The notes under the pieces were generated by a model. That model had not been told where the DNA came from. It worked only from the letters and a program-made list of their open reading frames with translations, and made no database searches. A stretch of DNA of 64,000 bases from Draconibacterium sp. (lineage in GTDB: Bacteria > Bacteroidota > Bacteroidia > Bacteroidales > Prolixibacteraceae). Positions 18,896-28,899 of the stretch are shown here, piece by piece. The DNA lies in NCBI GenBank assembly GCA_041393215.1, contig JAWKKP010000018.1, forward strand, positions 20,675 through 84,674, read 5' to 3'. Position 1 is the stretch's first letter, and each line of letters opens with the position of its first letter. The position numbers were made by a program, and so were the translations under genes.

Positions 18896-21205
18896 ATGAA
18901 AAATTATATAAAGCATCACGAATGGAAAATTATTGAAGAGGGTTTTAATCCTAAAAATAATCGCATTTCTGAAAGTATCTTCAGTATTGGCAACGGTAAA
19001 ATGGGACAGCGTGCCAATTTCGAAGAAAAATATTCGGGCGATTCGCTTCAGGGATCGTATGTTGCAGGAATTTACTATCCCGACAAAACCCGGGTTGGAT
19101 GGTGGAAAAATGGCTATCCGGAGTACTTTGCCAAAATAATCAATTCGACAAACTGGATTGGAATTAACATTTTAGTTAATGGTGAAGAACTTGATTTGGC
19201 GAGCGCAAAAGTTCTATCATTTCAACGGATTCTTGACATGCAACATGGATTATTGGTTCGTAATTTTGTTGCTGAATTAACGAATGGAAACCGAATTGAA
19301 GTTCAGTCCAAGCGCTTTGTAAGTATTGACGAAACAACACTTGGAGCAATAAGATATTCTGTTAAAGCTTTAAATTTTTCAGGCGAAATTTCGGTAACAC
19401 CATATCTTGATGGCGATGTTTACAACGAAGATTCCAATTATGATGAAAAATTTTGGGTAGAGATTTCAAAAGAAGTAAATCAGGATGAAGGTTTTCTGAC
19501 GGTAGAAACCCTGAAAACAAAATTTCAGGTTTGCACTGGAATGGGTTTTCAGATTTTTAAAAATAATGAGCCGGAAAAATCACCCATAAAAAGCTCATTC
19601 AGAGATAAACGAATAGAATCATCTCAGTCAGTTATTGTTAAGAAAGGCGACGAAATAAATATCGAAAAACTCACGGTCACAGTTTCTTCTCTCGATTTTG
19701 AAAATGAAGAACTAGTTGCAAAGGCAAAAAGCAGTATCAAATCAGCCAAGGCCACCGGATTCGATCAATTATATGAAAATCATAAAAATAAATGGTTAAA
19801 TAAATGGGAAACCAGCGATATTAAAATCGAAGGAGATGTAGCCGCCCAGCAAGGCATCCGTTATAATATTTTTCAGTTAAACCAAACTTACTCAGGTGAA
19901 GATGAACGGCTCAACATTGGCCCAAAAGGATTTACCGGGGAAAAGTATGGAGGTGTTACTTATTGGGATACAGAAGCTTATTGTGTTCCGTTTTATCTTA
20001 GCACCACTCCAATAGATGTTTCAAGAAAGCTTTTACTCTACCGGCATCGCCACTTGGGCAGGGCAATTGAAAACGCCGAGAAACTTGGTTTTAACAGTAA
20101 TGCGGCATTATACCCCATGGTTACCATAAATGGAGAAGAGTGCCATAACGAGTGGGAAATTACTTTTGAAGAAATTCACCGTAATGGCGCAATAGCCTAT
20201 GCAATTTATAACTATGTAAACTATACAGGCGACAAAGAATATCTGGCGCCTTACGGTTTTGAGGTTTTGCTCGGAATCAGCAGGTTTTGGAGCCAAAGGG
20301 TCAACTGGTCCAATGAAAAACAAAAGTATGTCATACTTGGGGTTACGGGCCCCAATGAATACGAGAATAATGTAAATAATAACTTCCATACCAATTACAT
20401 GGCGGTGTGGACGTTAAAATATACACTCGAGGTAATCGATTTTCTACAGAAAGAGTATCCATTTTTATATGGCGAATTGGTAAATAAGTGGAAATTCAAC
20501 GAATTGAAGGAGACCAGTCGTTGGAAGGACATTATGGCGAATATGTATTTTCCTTTTGACAAGGCAAATAATGTATTTCTTCAGCAGGATGGTTTTAACG
20601 ACAAAGAACTAATTCCGGTTTCTGAACTGGCAGAAAGTAACAAGCCAATTAATCAAAAATGGTCATGGGACAGAATTTTGCGTTCATGTTACATCAAACA
20701 GGCTGATACATTACAAAGTATGTTTTGGTTTGAAAACAATTTTACGGCAGAAGAATTAAAACGCCATTTTGATTATTATGAACCACTTACGGTTCATGAA
20801 TCCTCGCTTTCTCCCTGTGTTCATTCGATTTTAGCGGCAAAAATCGGTTATGAGGAAAAATCGTATGAAATGTATTTACGCACTTCCCGGCTCGATTTGG
20901 ACGATTACAACAACGATACTGAGGATGGTTTGCACATTACCAGTATGGGTGGCACCTGGATGGCTTTTGTAATGGCATTTGGAGGAATGCGTGCCCGTGA
21001 GGGGAAATTGATTTTCAATCCTTTTATCCCGAATAACTGGAAATCTTATGCATTCCGAATCGATTTTCGCGAAGCACATTTGAGCCTTGAAATGAAGAAC
21101 GAGGGTTTGACAATCGTCAACTATTCGGCTAAAGATGTTTCTTTGGTTGTTTGGGGAAAGGAAATTGAAATACATGGAAATAGCACAAATAAAATTTCGA
21201 AATAA
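18896..21205 (+). CDS. GH65 maltose phosphorylase
   Basis: GPKGFTGEKYGGVTYWDTE, TGPNEYE, IKQAD and HESSLS GH65 motifs. Confidence 0.93.
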   Translation: MKNYIKHHEWKIIEEGFNPKNNRISESIFSIGNGKMGQRANFEEKYSGDSLQGSYVAGIYYPDKTRVGWWKNGYPEYFAKIINSTNWIGINILVNGEELDLASAKVLSFQRILDMQHGLLVRNFVAELTNGNRIEVQSKRFVSIDETTLGAIRYSVKALNFSGEISVTPYLDGDVYNEDSNYDEKFWVEISKEVNQDEGFLTVETLKTKFQVCTGMGFQIFKNNEPEKSPIKSSFRDKRIESSQSVIVKKGDEINIEKLTVTVSSLDFENEELVAKAKSSIKSAKATGFDQLYENHKNKWLNKWETSDIKIEGDVAAQQGIRYNIFQLNQTYSGEDERLNIGPKGFTGEKYGGVTYWDTEAYCVPFYLSTTPIDVSRKLLLYRHRHLGRAIENAEKLGFNSNAALYPMVTINGEECHNEWEITFEEIHRNGAIAYAIYNYVNYTGDKEYLAPYGFEVLLGISRFWSQRVNWSNEKQKYVILGVTGPNEYENNVNNNFHTNYMAVWTLKYTLEVIDFLQKEYPFLYGELVNKWKFNELKETSRWKDIMANMYFPFDKANNVFLQQDGFNDKELIPVSELAESNKPINQKWSWDRILRSCYIKQADTLQSMFWFENNFTAEELKRHFDYYEPLTVHESSLSPCVHSILAAKIGYEEKSYEMYLRTSRLDLDDYNNDTEDGLHITSMGGTWMAFVMAFGGMRAREGKLIFNPFIPNNWKSYAFRIDFREAHLSLEMKNEGLTIVNYSAKDVSLVVWGKEIEIHGNSTNKISK

Positions 21206-21209
21206 AATC

Positions 21210-23060
21210 ATGCAAAAACTTATCCTCACTTTAACTATTGTTTTATTTTTTCTGAATTCATTCGCCCAACCCGGCAAGCTTGAAAGAGTTGAACCCATGT
21301 TCTGGTGGGCTGGAATGAAATCTCCCGAATTGCAGCTAATGGTGTATGGTGATAAAATTTCAGAAACCAATGTTGTATTGAATTATCCCGGGGTTAAGCT
21401 GGAAGCCGTTTCAAAGGTTCAGAATCCCAATTATTTATTTATTGATTTGGTGCTTGATGAAAATGTTCAAGCCGGAAAATTTGATATCCTTTTTCGAAAA
21501 GAAGATAAAACGGTTGCAAGTTATACTTATGAGTTAAAAGCTCGTGAAAGGAATTCTGGGAATCGAAAGGGATTTAATTCGTCGGATGTAATTTATTTGA
21601 TAACACCCGACCGGTTTGCAAACGGAAATCCAGAAAACGATTGGGTTGAAGGAATGAAAGAAAGACCCAACCGCAATGATAAAGATGGAAGACATGGTGG
21701 CGATATTCGGGGGATAATTAATTCACTGGATTACATTCAAAAACTGGGTTTTACTGCAGTTTGGTTAAATCCAGTTCTGGAAAATAACATGACCCAGGTT
21801 TCGTATCATGGTTATTCTACCACCGATTTTTACAGGGTTGATCCGCGTTACGGGACAAATGAAGAGTACCGCGAGTTAAACGATGAACTGGATAGACGCG
21901 GGATGAAACTGATCATGGACATGATCTTTAATCATTGTGGTTCGGAACATTGGTGGATGAATGATTTACCAATGGATGACTGGATTAATAACTATCCTGA
22001 TGTGAAAATTACCAGCCATCGAAGAACTGTAAATGAGGATCCCCACGCATCGGAAGCGGATAAAAAGGCAATGTCTGAAGGTTGGTTTGTTCCTTCGATG
22101 CCTGACTTAAATCAACAAAACCGCTTTTTGAAGGAATACCTGATTCAGAATAGTATCTGGTGGATTGAGTTTGCAGGTTTGGAAGGAATCAGGCAGGATA
22201 CCTGGCCCTATCCCGATAAATATATGATGGCAGAATGGACAAAACGAATTCTTGAAGAATACCCGGATTTTAATATTGTTGGTGAAGAATGGAGCATGAA
22301 TCCCGCTATCGTTTCATATTGGCAGAAAGGGAAAATCAATTCCGATGGCTATATGAATTATCTGCCTAGTTTGATGGATTTTCCTTTGCAAAATGCAGTA
22401 AGTAAAGCGCTGAACAATGAGGAAACCTGGGGAACCGGATTGATTGAATTGTATGAAGCTTTGGCAAACGATTTCCTTTATCCGAATGCCGGAAACCTGG
22501 TAATATTTCCTGATAATCACGATATGTCACGTTTTTATGTACAGGTTAGAGAAGACCTGAGTTTGCTAAAAATGGGTATTGCTTTTTTTCTTACCACACG
22601 GGGAATTCCCCAAATTTACTATGGCACAGAAATATTGATGAGACATGAAGGTGATGAACATGGAAATATCAGGGCTGATTTTCCAGGAGGCTGGAAAGAC
22701 GACAAAATAAATGCTTTTACGGGTGAAGGTTTAAGTAGTCAGCAAAAGGAAATGCAAAACTACATTTCTGTTATTCAAAACTGGCGAAAAAATAAACCTG
22801 TAGTTCACGATGGAAAACTCATACATTTTGCACCTGAAAATGGAATTTATGTTTACTTCAGGTACGATAGCAACGATAAAATAATGGTTGTACTCAATAA
22901 AAGTACCAGTGAACAGACAATTTCAACTCAACGTTTTTCAGAAATGATTGGCGATTGTAAAACGGGGAAGGAAATTATTTCAGGGAAGAAAATTCAGGAT
23001 ATTTCCAAATTCAAAATTGAGCCAAAATCAGCAATGATTATTGAGATGAACACAGATTAA
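21210..23060 (+). CDS. GH13 cyclomaltodextrinase/neopullulanase (SusA-like), periplasmic
   Basis: Signal peptide from the ATG at 21210; RVEPMFWWAGM N-terminal domain; DMIFNH, GIRQDT, GEEW and NHDMSR. Confidence 0.92.
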   Translation: MQKLILTLTIVLFFLNSFAQPGKLERVEPMFWWAGMKSPELQLMVYGDKISETNVVLNYPGVKLEAVSKVQNPNYLFIDLVLDENVQAGKFDILFRKEDKTVASYTYELKARERNSGNRKGFNSSDVIYLITPDRFANGNPENDWVEGMKERPNRNDKDGRHGGDIRGIINSLDYIQKLGFTAVWLNPVLENNMTQVSYHGYSTTDFYRVDPRYGTNEEYRELNDELDRRGMKLIMDMIFNHCGSEHWWMNDLPMDDWINNYPDVKITSHRRTVNEDPHASEADKKAMSEGWFVPSMPDLNQQNRFLKEYLIQNSIWWIEFAGLEGIRQDTWPYPDKYMMAEWTKRILEEYPDFNIVGEEWSMNPAIVSYWQKGKINSDGYMNYLPSLMDFPLQNAVSKALNNEETWGTGLIELYEALANDFLYPNAGNLVIFPDNHDMSRFYVQVREDLSLLKMGIAFFLTTRGIPQIYYGTEILMRHEGDEHGNIRADFPGGWKDDKINAFTGEGLSSQQKEMQNYISVIQNWRKNKPVVHDGKLIHFAPENGIYVYFRYDSNDKIMVVLNKSTSEQTISTQRFSEMIGDCKTGKEIISGKKIQDISKFKIEPKSAMIIEMNTD

Positions 23061-23102
23061 TTGTAAATTACGCTGAAAAAAAACTAAATTCATAATCAAA
23101 AA

Positions 23103-24479
23103 ATGAAGTCAAAAATATTTATCCTTTTCCTCATTTTTGGAATTTTATTAACAACAGCCTGCAATCAAACAAGAAAAAATGCTTCGGAAGTTGTAAATGA
23201 GGAAATTACGAATCCTTTGTCATGGGCTGATGACGCTGTAATGTATGAAGTAAATATCAGGCAGTTCACACCTGAAGGAACATTTAATGCCTTTTCAAAA
23301 CACTTGCAGCGTTTAAAAAATCTTGGTGTTGAAATACTCTGGTTTATGCCCATTCATCCAATTGGGGAGAAAAACAGGAAAGGAACGCTGGGTTCGTATT
23401 ATTCTATAAAAGACTACAAAGCTGTGAATCCTGAATTTGGGACATTTGAAGATTTTAAATCGTTAGTGAGCAAGGCACATGAAATGGGATTCAGGGTTTT
23501 GATTGATTGTGTGGCGAACCATACTTCGTGGGATAATGTTTGGATGAAGGATCATAAAGACTGGTATACACAGGATTCTTTGGGAAATATTGTTCCGCCG
23601 GTTTCCGATTGGAGTGATGTTGCCGATTTAAATTACGATAACCCCGGATTAAGGGCCGCAATGATCGATGCTATGAAATTTTGGGTAGCAAAAGCCGACA
23701 TTGATGGTTATAGGTGTGATTATGCAGGTGGTGTTCCAACCGATTTTTGGGAAAGTGCCCGGGCTTCCTTAGATAGCATTAAGCCGGTTTTTATGTTGGC
23801 CGAGGATGAGGATCATCTCGATCTGCTGAACAAAGCATTTGATTGTTATTATGGATGGACCATGCATCATTATATGAATGAAATATACAGTGGCGAAAAA
23901 TCGGTAATCGACATTAAAGGATATTTTGCCCAGGTTGATTCTACCTATCCGGAAGGCACTTATCCGATACAATTTACCTCGAATCATGATGAGAATAGTT
24001 GGAATGGAACGGCCAACGAACGTCTTGGATCAGCAGTGAAAACATTTGCAGCGCTTTCGTTTACGGTTCCCGGCATGCCATTGATTTACAACGGACAGGA
24101 AGTGGGCTTAAATAAAAGGCTCGAATTTTTTGAAAAAGATAAGATTGATTGGAACGGTGACTTGTCAATAACAGAATTATATTTAAAGCTGATTGAACTC
24201 AAAAAGAACAATGAAGCGCTTTGGAACGGATCTGCCGGAGGCGCAATTGTTTTTCTCGATACTTCGGATCCGGGAAAATTGCTGGCTTTTAAGAGGGAAA
24301 AGGATGGAAATTCGATTACTGTAATCATGAATTTATCGGATGAAACATTGGAGGGTTCTGTATCATCTGTTCGCGAAAACGAAATAAAAGAATATTTCTC
24401 CGGAAGAAAAATCACATTTGGGAATGATGAAATTCTTGTGCTAAAACCATGGGAATATCTTGTTTTCGAAAAAAAATGA
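23103..24479 (+). CDS. GH13 alpha-amylase-family lipoprotein
   Basis: Lipobox LTTAC; MYEVNIRQFT, DCVANH, DGYRCD and SNHDENSWNG. Confidence 0.9.
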   Translation: MKSKIFILFLIFGILLTTACNQTRKNASEVVNEEITNPLSWADDAVMYEVNIRQFTPEGTFNAFSKHLQRLKNLGVEILWFMPIHPIGEKNRKGTLGSYYSIKDYKAVNPEFGTFEDFKSLVSKAHEMGFRVLIDCVANHTSWDNVWMKDHKDWYTQDSLGNIVPPVSDWSDVADLNYDNPGLRAAMIDAMKFWVAKADIDGYRCDYAGGVPTDFWESARASLDSIKPVFMLAEDEDHLDLLNKAFDCYYGWTMHHYMNEIYSGEKSVIDIKGYFAQVDSTYPEGTYPIQFTSNHDENSWNGTANERLGSAVKTFAALSFTVPGMPLIYNGQEVGLNKRLEFFEKDKIDWNGDLSITELYLKLIELKKNNEALWNGSAGGAIVFLDTSDPGKLLAFKREKDGNSITVIMNLSDETLEGSVSSVRENEIKEYFSGRKITFGNDEILVLKPWEYLVFEKK

Positions 24480-24574
24480 AAAAAATAAAATTTTTTTTCA
24501 GTTTTCTGAACCTTTTTCAAAAACCGGTGTTTTACTGATACCACAAAATGTAAATCTCACGATTTACTACCATA

Positions 24575-24655
24575 ATGATGGTTTGGTTTTTGGTTTAGTT
24601 TAGGTTTAGGTTGATTGAGAAAAGGCTGGTTGTTGAACTAGCCTTTCTTCTTTTT
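24575..24655 (+). other. G/T-rich GGTTT(A/G) repeat tract followed by a terminator (3'UTR or sRNA candidate)
   Basis: ATGATGGTTTGGTTTTTGGTTTAGTTTAGGTTTAGGTTGATTGAG, then an 11-bp stem AAAGGCTGGTT/AACTAGCCTTT (24621-24646) and a U-tract. Confidence 0.5.
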
Positions 24656-24678
24656 ATGGCACGCCCATTTTGATCAAT

Positions 24679-24708
24679 AAAAAAGGATGCTTTTTCTAAA
24701 ACATCCTT
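24679..24708 (-). terminator. Terminator of the TetR gene
   Basis: AAGGATG/CATCCTT stem with a minus-strand T-tract. Confidence 0.6.
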
Positions 24709-24735
24709 AATTTATATAATTTATAGACCGAACTT

Positions 24736-25338
24736 CTATCTTTTCATAATGCCGTAGCACATAATCTTAAGAATAATATCGACACTGGTTTCCAGGTTGG
24801 CAGTTCCGTAATAACCGGCTGAAAGAGGCATTTCCAACCCTTTAATTGCTGTTGTTATTCCAATAGCTGCAAGATTAAAATCATAAATCTCAAATTCATT
24901 TTTCCGAACTCCTTCAATCAAAATTCGTTTTATCATTCTGATTTCATCCTGCTCGTATCGGTGTTTTACTTCCTCAATAAATCCAACTGCAGTAATATCG
25001 TTTTCGATGGCATGATAAAAGTTTGCCAATCCACGAAATGTTTTCAGTTTCGTCAAAATATAATCACGCAGTTTATCAACAGGATCGGTATTTCGATTTA
25101 TTACAATTTCGAGTTCGTGTGCCAGAATTTCGACCTCTTTCATGATGACCGCCTGAAATAAATCTTCTTTGCTTTTAAAATAATAGTAAAGCGAACTTTT
25201 CCCTTTTCGAACTGCATTTGCAATGTCGTCGAGGGTTGTTTTTTTATAGCCGTATTTGCTGAAAATCTCGCGGGCAATTTTTAGGATGTTTTCACGGTTA
25301 AGGTCTTTTTTATTCCCGTTGCTACTGTTGATTTGCAT
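24736..25338 (-). CDS. TetR/AcrR-family regulator
   Basis: AREIFSKYGYKKTTLDDIANAVRKGKSSLYYYFKSKEDLF helix-turn-helix; -7 element TATATTTG at 25375-25382. Confidence 0.95.
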   Translation of the reverse strand: MQINSSNGNKKDLNRENILKIAREIFSKYGYKKTTLDDIANAVRKGKSSLYYYFKSKEDLFQAVIMKEVEILAHELEIVINRNTDPVDKLRDYILTKLKTFRGLANFYHAIENDITAVGFIEEVKHRYEQDEIRMIKRILIEGVRKNEFEIYDFNLAAIGITTAIKGLEMPLSAGYYGTANLETSVDIILKIMCYGIMKR

Positions 25339-25484
25339 TATTATCTTCCTTTAACTGCATTCAAAAATCGAAAACAAATATAACCATTTATTTTACCCAA
25401 GAAATAGTTTTGAACTTTTTAACTTTGCAGACGAGATGCAGTATAGAGTCTCGAAAGTCCTTTAAATAGGTGAATTATATGTAG

Positions 25485-27665
25485 TTACTGTTCGAAATGG
25501 CTTGCATTCTTCTCTTTCGAAAGCAAAAAATCAAGTTGTTTTCTCTCCAGGTTGGTACGCCAGATTTTTACCGTAACTTCATCGCCAAGCTGATACGTTT
25601 TATGAGAATGTCGTCCAACCAGTGAATAATTCTTTTCATCAAAAAAATAAAAATCGTCATCCAGTTCGCGTATTGGAACCATGCCTTCAATTTTGTTTTC
25701 CAGCTCAACATAAATACCCCAGTCGGTAACTCCGGAAATAACACCGTTATAAATTTTTCCGATGTAATCCTGCATAAATTCAACCTGTTTGTATTTTATT
25801 GAAGCCCTTTCAGCATTTGCAGCCCGGGTTTCCATGTCGGAAGAATGTTTGCATAGTTCTTCGTATTTTATTTCGTTTACCGAGCGTCCACCGGCCAGAT
25901 ACTTTTCAAGTAAACGGTGAACCATCATATCCGGATATCGGCGGATAGGAGAAGTAAAATGAGTGTAATATTCAAAAGACAAACCATAATGACCGATATT
26001 TCTCGTTGAATAAGCGGCTTTTGCCATTGCCCTGATGGCAAGTGATTCAAACAGGTTTTGCTCCTTTTTCCCTTTCACATTTTCAAGGAGCTGGTTGAGC
26101 GAAGTGGAAATGGCTTTTGGTGTTGTAAGCTGAATACCATATCCGAAACGGGCAATAAACGAATTAAACGATACCAGTTTGTCTGTATCCGGCTTGTCAT
26201 GAATTCGGTAAACAAAGGTTTTTGGTGTTTTCTCCTTTTCTTTTTTTCCAATAAATTCGGCTACTTTTTTATTGGCCAGCAACATAAATTCTTCAATCAG
26301 TTGGTTGGATTCTTTTGCTTCTTTAAAAAACACCGAAAGTGGTTTTCCGGCCTGATCAATTTCAAATTTCATTTCAATCCTGTCAAAAGCAATGGACCCC
26401 ATTTTGAATCTCTGAGCCCGTAATTTTTTTGCCAAATCGTTCAAGGTTAACATTTCAGGAGAATAGTCACCTTCACCGGTTTCAATTATTTGCTGAGCTT
26501 CCTCGTAGGTAAATCTGCGGTTGGAGTGAATTATGGTTTTACCAAACCACTGCTTTACAAGGTCTGCCTGTTCTGTTAACTCGAAAATAGCCGAAAAACA
26601 AAGTTTATCTTCATTAGGGCGTAAAGAACAAACACCATTGGAAAGCCTTTCCGGCAACATGGGCACTACCCTGTCTACCAGATAAACCGAAGTAGCACGG
26701 TTTTTCGCTTCTTCTTCAATAATTGTATTTGGTGTAACATAGTGTGTTACGTCAGCAATGTGAACACCAACTTCCCAGTTGCCGTTTTTGAGTTTTTGCA
26801 ACGAAAGTGCATCGTCAAAATCTTTGGCATCAACCGGGTCAATGGTGAAAGTTACAATGTCTCTTACATCCCGACGTCCTTTAATCTCTTCTTCTGAAAT
26901 TTCTAACGGAATTTTCTCGGCTGCTTTATCTACATTTTCAGGGAATTTGTGTGGCAGTTCAAATTCGGCAAGAATTGCATGCATTTCGGCATCATTGTTT
27001 CCTGCATCTCCCAAAACTTCTTTTATTTCACCAAATGGATTGCGCGCACTGGCAGGCCATTCAACAATTTCAGCAATTGCTTTTTGTCCGTCTTTGGCCC
27101 CATTCAGTTTTTCGATAGGAATAAAAATATCAAAGCCTACTTTTCCTGCAGGAATTAAAAATGCAAAGTTTCTTGATATTTGCATGGTTCCCACAAAAAC
27201 CGATTTTGCACGTTCCAGAATTTCTACAACTTCTCCTTCCAAATCATGTTTTTTCCGTCGGGCATACAACCGAATTCTTACTTTGTCGCCCTCCATGGCA
27301 TGGTTTAGATTTTTTGCTGAGACGAGCACAGGCCTTTCAACTTCTTCGCTGTTTATATAGGCAAAACCCTGGGGTTGCAACTCTACAATTCCAATTGCAC
27401 TTCCGGTTTTTGCTTTCAGCTTAAACTTGCCATGTGAAATCTGGTCGAGATAATCGTCGTCTTTTAGTTCCTGTAAAACCACATTTACAAGTTTCCGGGT
27501 TTCCGGATCTTTTATTCCCAGCCAGGTGGAAATTTGTTTGTAGTTTACTGTTTTTGAAGGCTCTTCGTAAAGAAGAGTGAGTATTGCATTTTTTAGTTTT
27601 TTCTTGTTAAAAGTTCCCGATTTTACCTTTTTTAATCGTCGGTTTTTATTCTTTTTTTTGGCCAT
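25485..27665 (-). CDS. rnr: Ribonuclease R
   Basis: TIDPVDAKDFDDALS, HFTSPIRRYPD and a C-terminal S1 domain. Confidence 0.96.
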   Translation of the reverse strand: MAKKKNKNRRLKKVKSGTFNKKKLKNAILTLLYEEPSKTVNYKQISTWLGIKDPETRKLVNVVLQELKDDDYLDQISHGKFKLKAKTGSAIGIVELQPQGFAYINSEEVERPVLVSAKNLNHAMEGDKVRIRLYARRKKHDLEGEVVEILERAKSVFVGTMQISRNFAFLIPAGKVGFDIFIPIEKLNGAKDGQKAIAEIVEWPASARNPFGEIKEVLGDAGNNDAEMHAILAEFELPHKFPENVDKAAEKIPLEISEEEIKGRRDVRDIVTFTIDPVDAKDFDDALSLQKLKNGNWEVGVHIADVTHYVTPNTIIEEEAKNRATSVYLVDRVVPMLPERLSNGVCSLRPNEDKLCFSAIFELTEQADLVKQWFGKTIIHSNRRFTYEEAQQIIETGEGDYSPEMLTLNDLAKKLRAQRFKMGSIAFDRIEMKFEIDQAGKPLSVFFKEAKESNQLIEEFMLLANKKVAEFIGKKEKEKTPKTFVYRIHDKPDTDKLVSFNSFIARFGYGIQLTTPKAISTSLNQLLENVKGKKEQNLFESLAIRAMAKAAYSTRNIGHYGLSFEYYTHFTSPIRRYPDMMVHRLLEKYLAGGRSVNEIKYEELCKHSSDMETRAANAERASIKYKQVEFMQDYIGKIYNGVISGVTDWGIYVELENKIEGMVPIRELDDDFYFFDEKNYSLVGRHSHKTYQLGDEVTVKIWRTNLERKQLDFLLSKEKNASHFEQ

Positions 27666-27746
27666 TTCGAGCTTGTTTAATTGCTGTACAAGTTAGTTCT
27701 TTTATCAGTGTCTGATGTTGAATTTTATATTTTAACATAAAATTTA

Positions 27747-28808
27747 TCACTTCCATTCTGTTTGTTTCTGATACCAGTTTTCCGTTTCGTCCCAGATTTT
27801 CTCAGGGTTACGTTGCTCATTCATTAATTCATAAGCATAGTCGGTTAGTTTATCAATTGCTGCCCCATATCGGTGAAATAGAGTTTTAAATTCCGCAAAA
27901 CTGATTCCGGTTTGTTTGGCAATATCAAATTTTTCCAGGTTCATTTCGTAGTTGTCTTCTACTTGCATATTTTCGATAGCACAGGGCAGGGGCTTTTTAA
28001 TGGTATTAAGAACCTGGGTTATTGTTTTCGGTGTCAGGAAATTGGTTTCTTCTATCGTTTCAATCTGATCGGGCCGAAAAGAGATTATTTTGTGGAGCTC
28101 CTTCACTGTTCCTGTTAAGCTGGAATTTTGATTCCAAATTTCCACTTTTAATTTAGAATTTAATTCGGAAAGCTGAAAAACATCTTTCTTTTGTTTTACA
28201 ACCATGTGGAAATTTGAAGGCGTATTTAAATGAATGATATAACTGGTTTTCGAACTTGTATTGCTCTGAATATTTTGTAATTGGTTGCTTTGTGTCTCTG
28301 AATTAAATGTTACTGAACCTCCAATTATTTCAAAATATTTTAAAAGTTCAATAAAAAAGCGTGAAGTGTTGAACTTGTATTCTTTTAAAATTATCCCGTT
28401 TAATTGATCTTGGTTCAGAAATGACATGTTTTCCGGAACTTTGGTTTTTATAATTTCCGGCCTGTCGTCCGAAATAAATCGATAAATATGATTTGTAAAA
28501 TCAATTGTAAGCTTATTAAAATTCAAATAAATTACCTTTTGAGGTTGTGCCAAATGAGGGGCCAGTTGAAATAGTTTTTCCCAATGTTTTCGTTGCTGTT
28601 TTAAGCCAAATAAATTAATGCTCTTTGTTGGTAATGTGCAGGTCGTCTGAAAAACATCATGTCTTTTTAATCGGGTTGTAAAATGAACTAAAACTGAAAT
28701 ACCGTTTAACTGGTTTTCAATTGCTTTTAAAACACCTTCGATACTTGGATTTTTAAAGACAAGTTCGAAATTTTTACTAGAATTAACTTTTGGTGAAGAA
28801 AAAACCAT
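27747..28808 (-). CDS. Hypothetical protein; degenerate GlpD-like (FAD oxidoreductase fold) homologue
   Basis: Collinear GlpD-like motifs (I.G...A......G.SVL; LAPHLAQP; EY....R..IE.LK....GG.V; L..RYG), but GxGxxG is absent. Confidence 0.55.
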   Translation of the reverse strand: MVFSSPKVNSSKNFELVFKNPSIEGVLKAIENQLNGISVLVHFTTRLKRHDVFQTTCTLPTKSINLFGLKQQRKHWEKLFQLAPHLAQPQKVIYLNFNKLTIDFTNHIYRFISDDRPEIIKTKVPENMSFLNQDQLNGIILKEYKFNTSRFFIELLKYFEIIGGSVTFNSETQSNQLQNIQSNTSSKTSYIIHLNTPSNFHMVVKQKKDVFQLSELNSKLKVEIWNQNSSLTGTVKELHKIISFRPDQIETIEETNFLTPKTITQVLNTIKKPLPCAIENMQVEDNYEMNLEKFDIAKQTGISFAEFKTLFHRYGAAIDKLTDYAYELMNEQRNPEKIWDETENWYQKQTEWK

Positions 28809-28899
28809 GAATTTAAATTATAGACCGCTAAACTAATTTAACAACTCATAACATTCAATGTTTGCAGGAATTTGTATGTTTGTAATCCATTTTTAGAAC

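Noticed and set aside
24086-24544. 152-aa minus-strand ORF
   Set aside because: Shadow ORF antisense to the GH13 lipoprotein, with no recognisable motifs.
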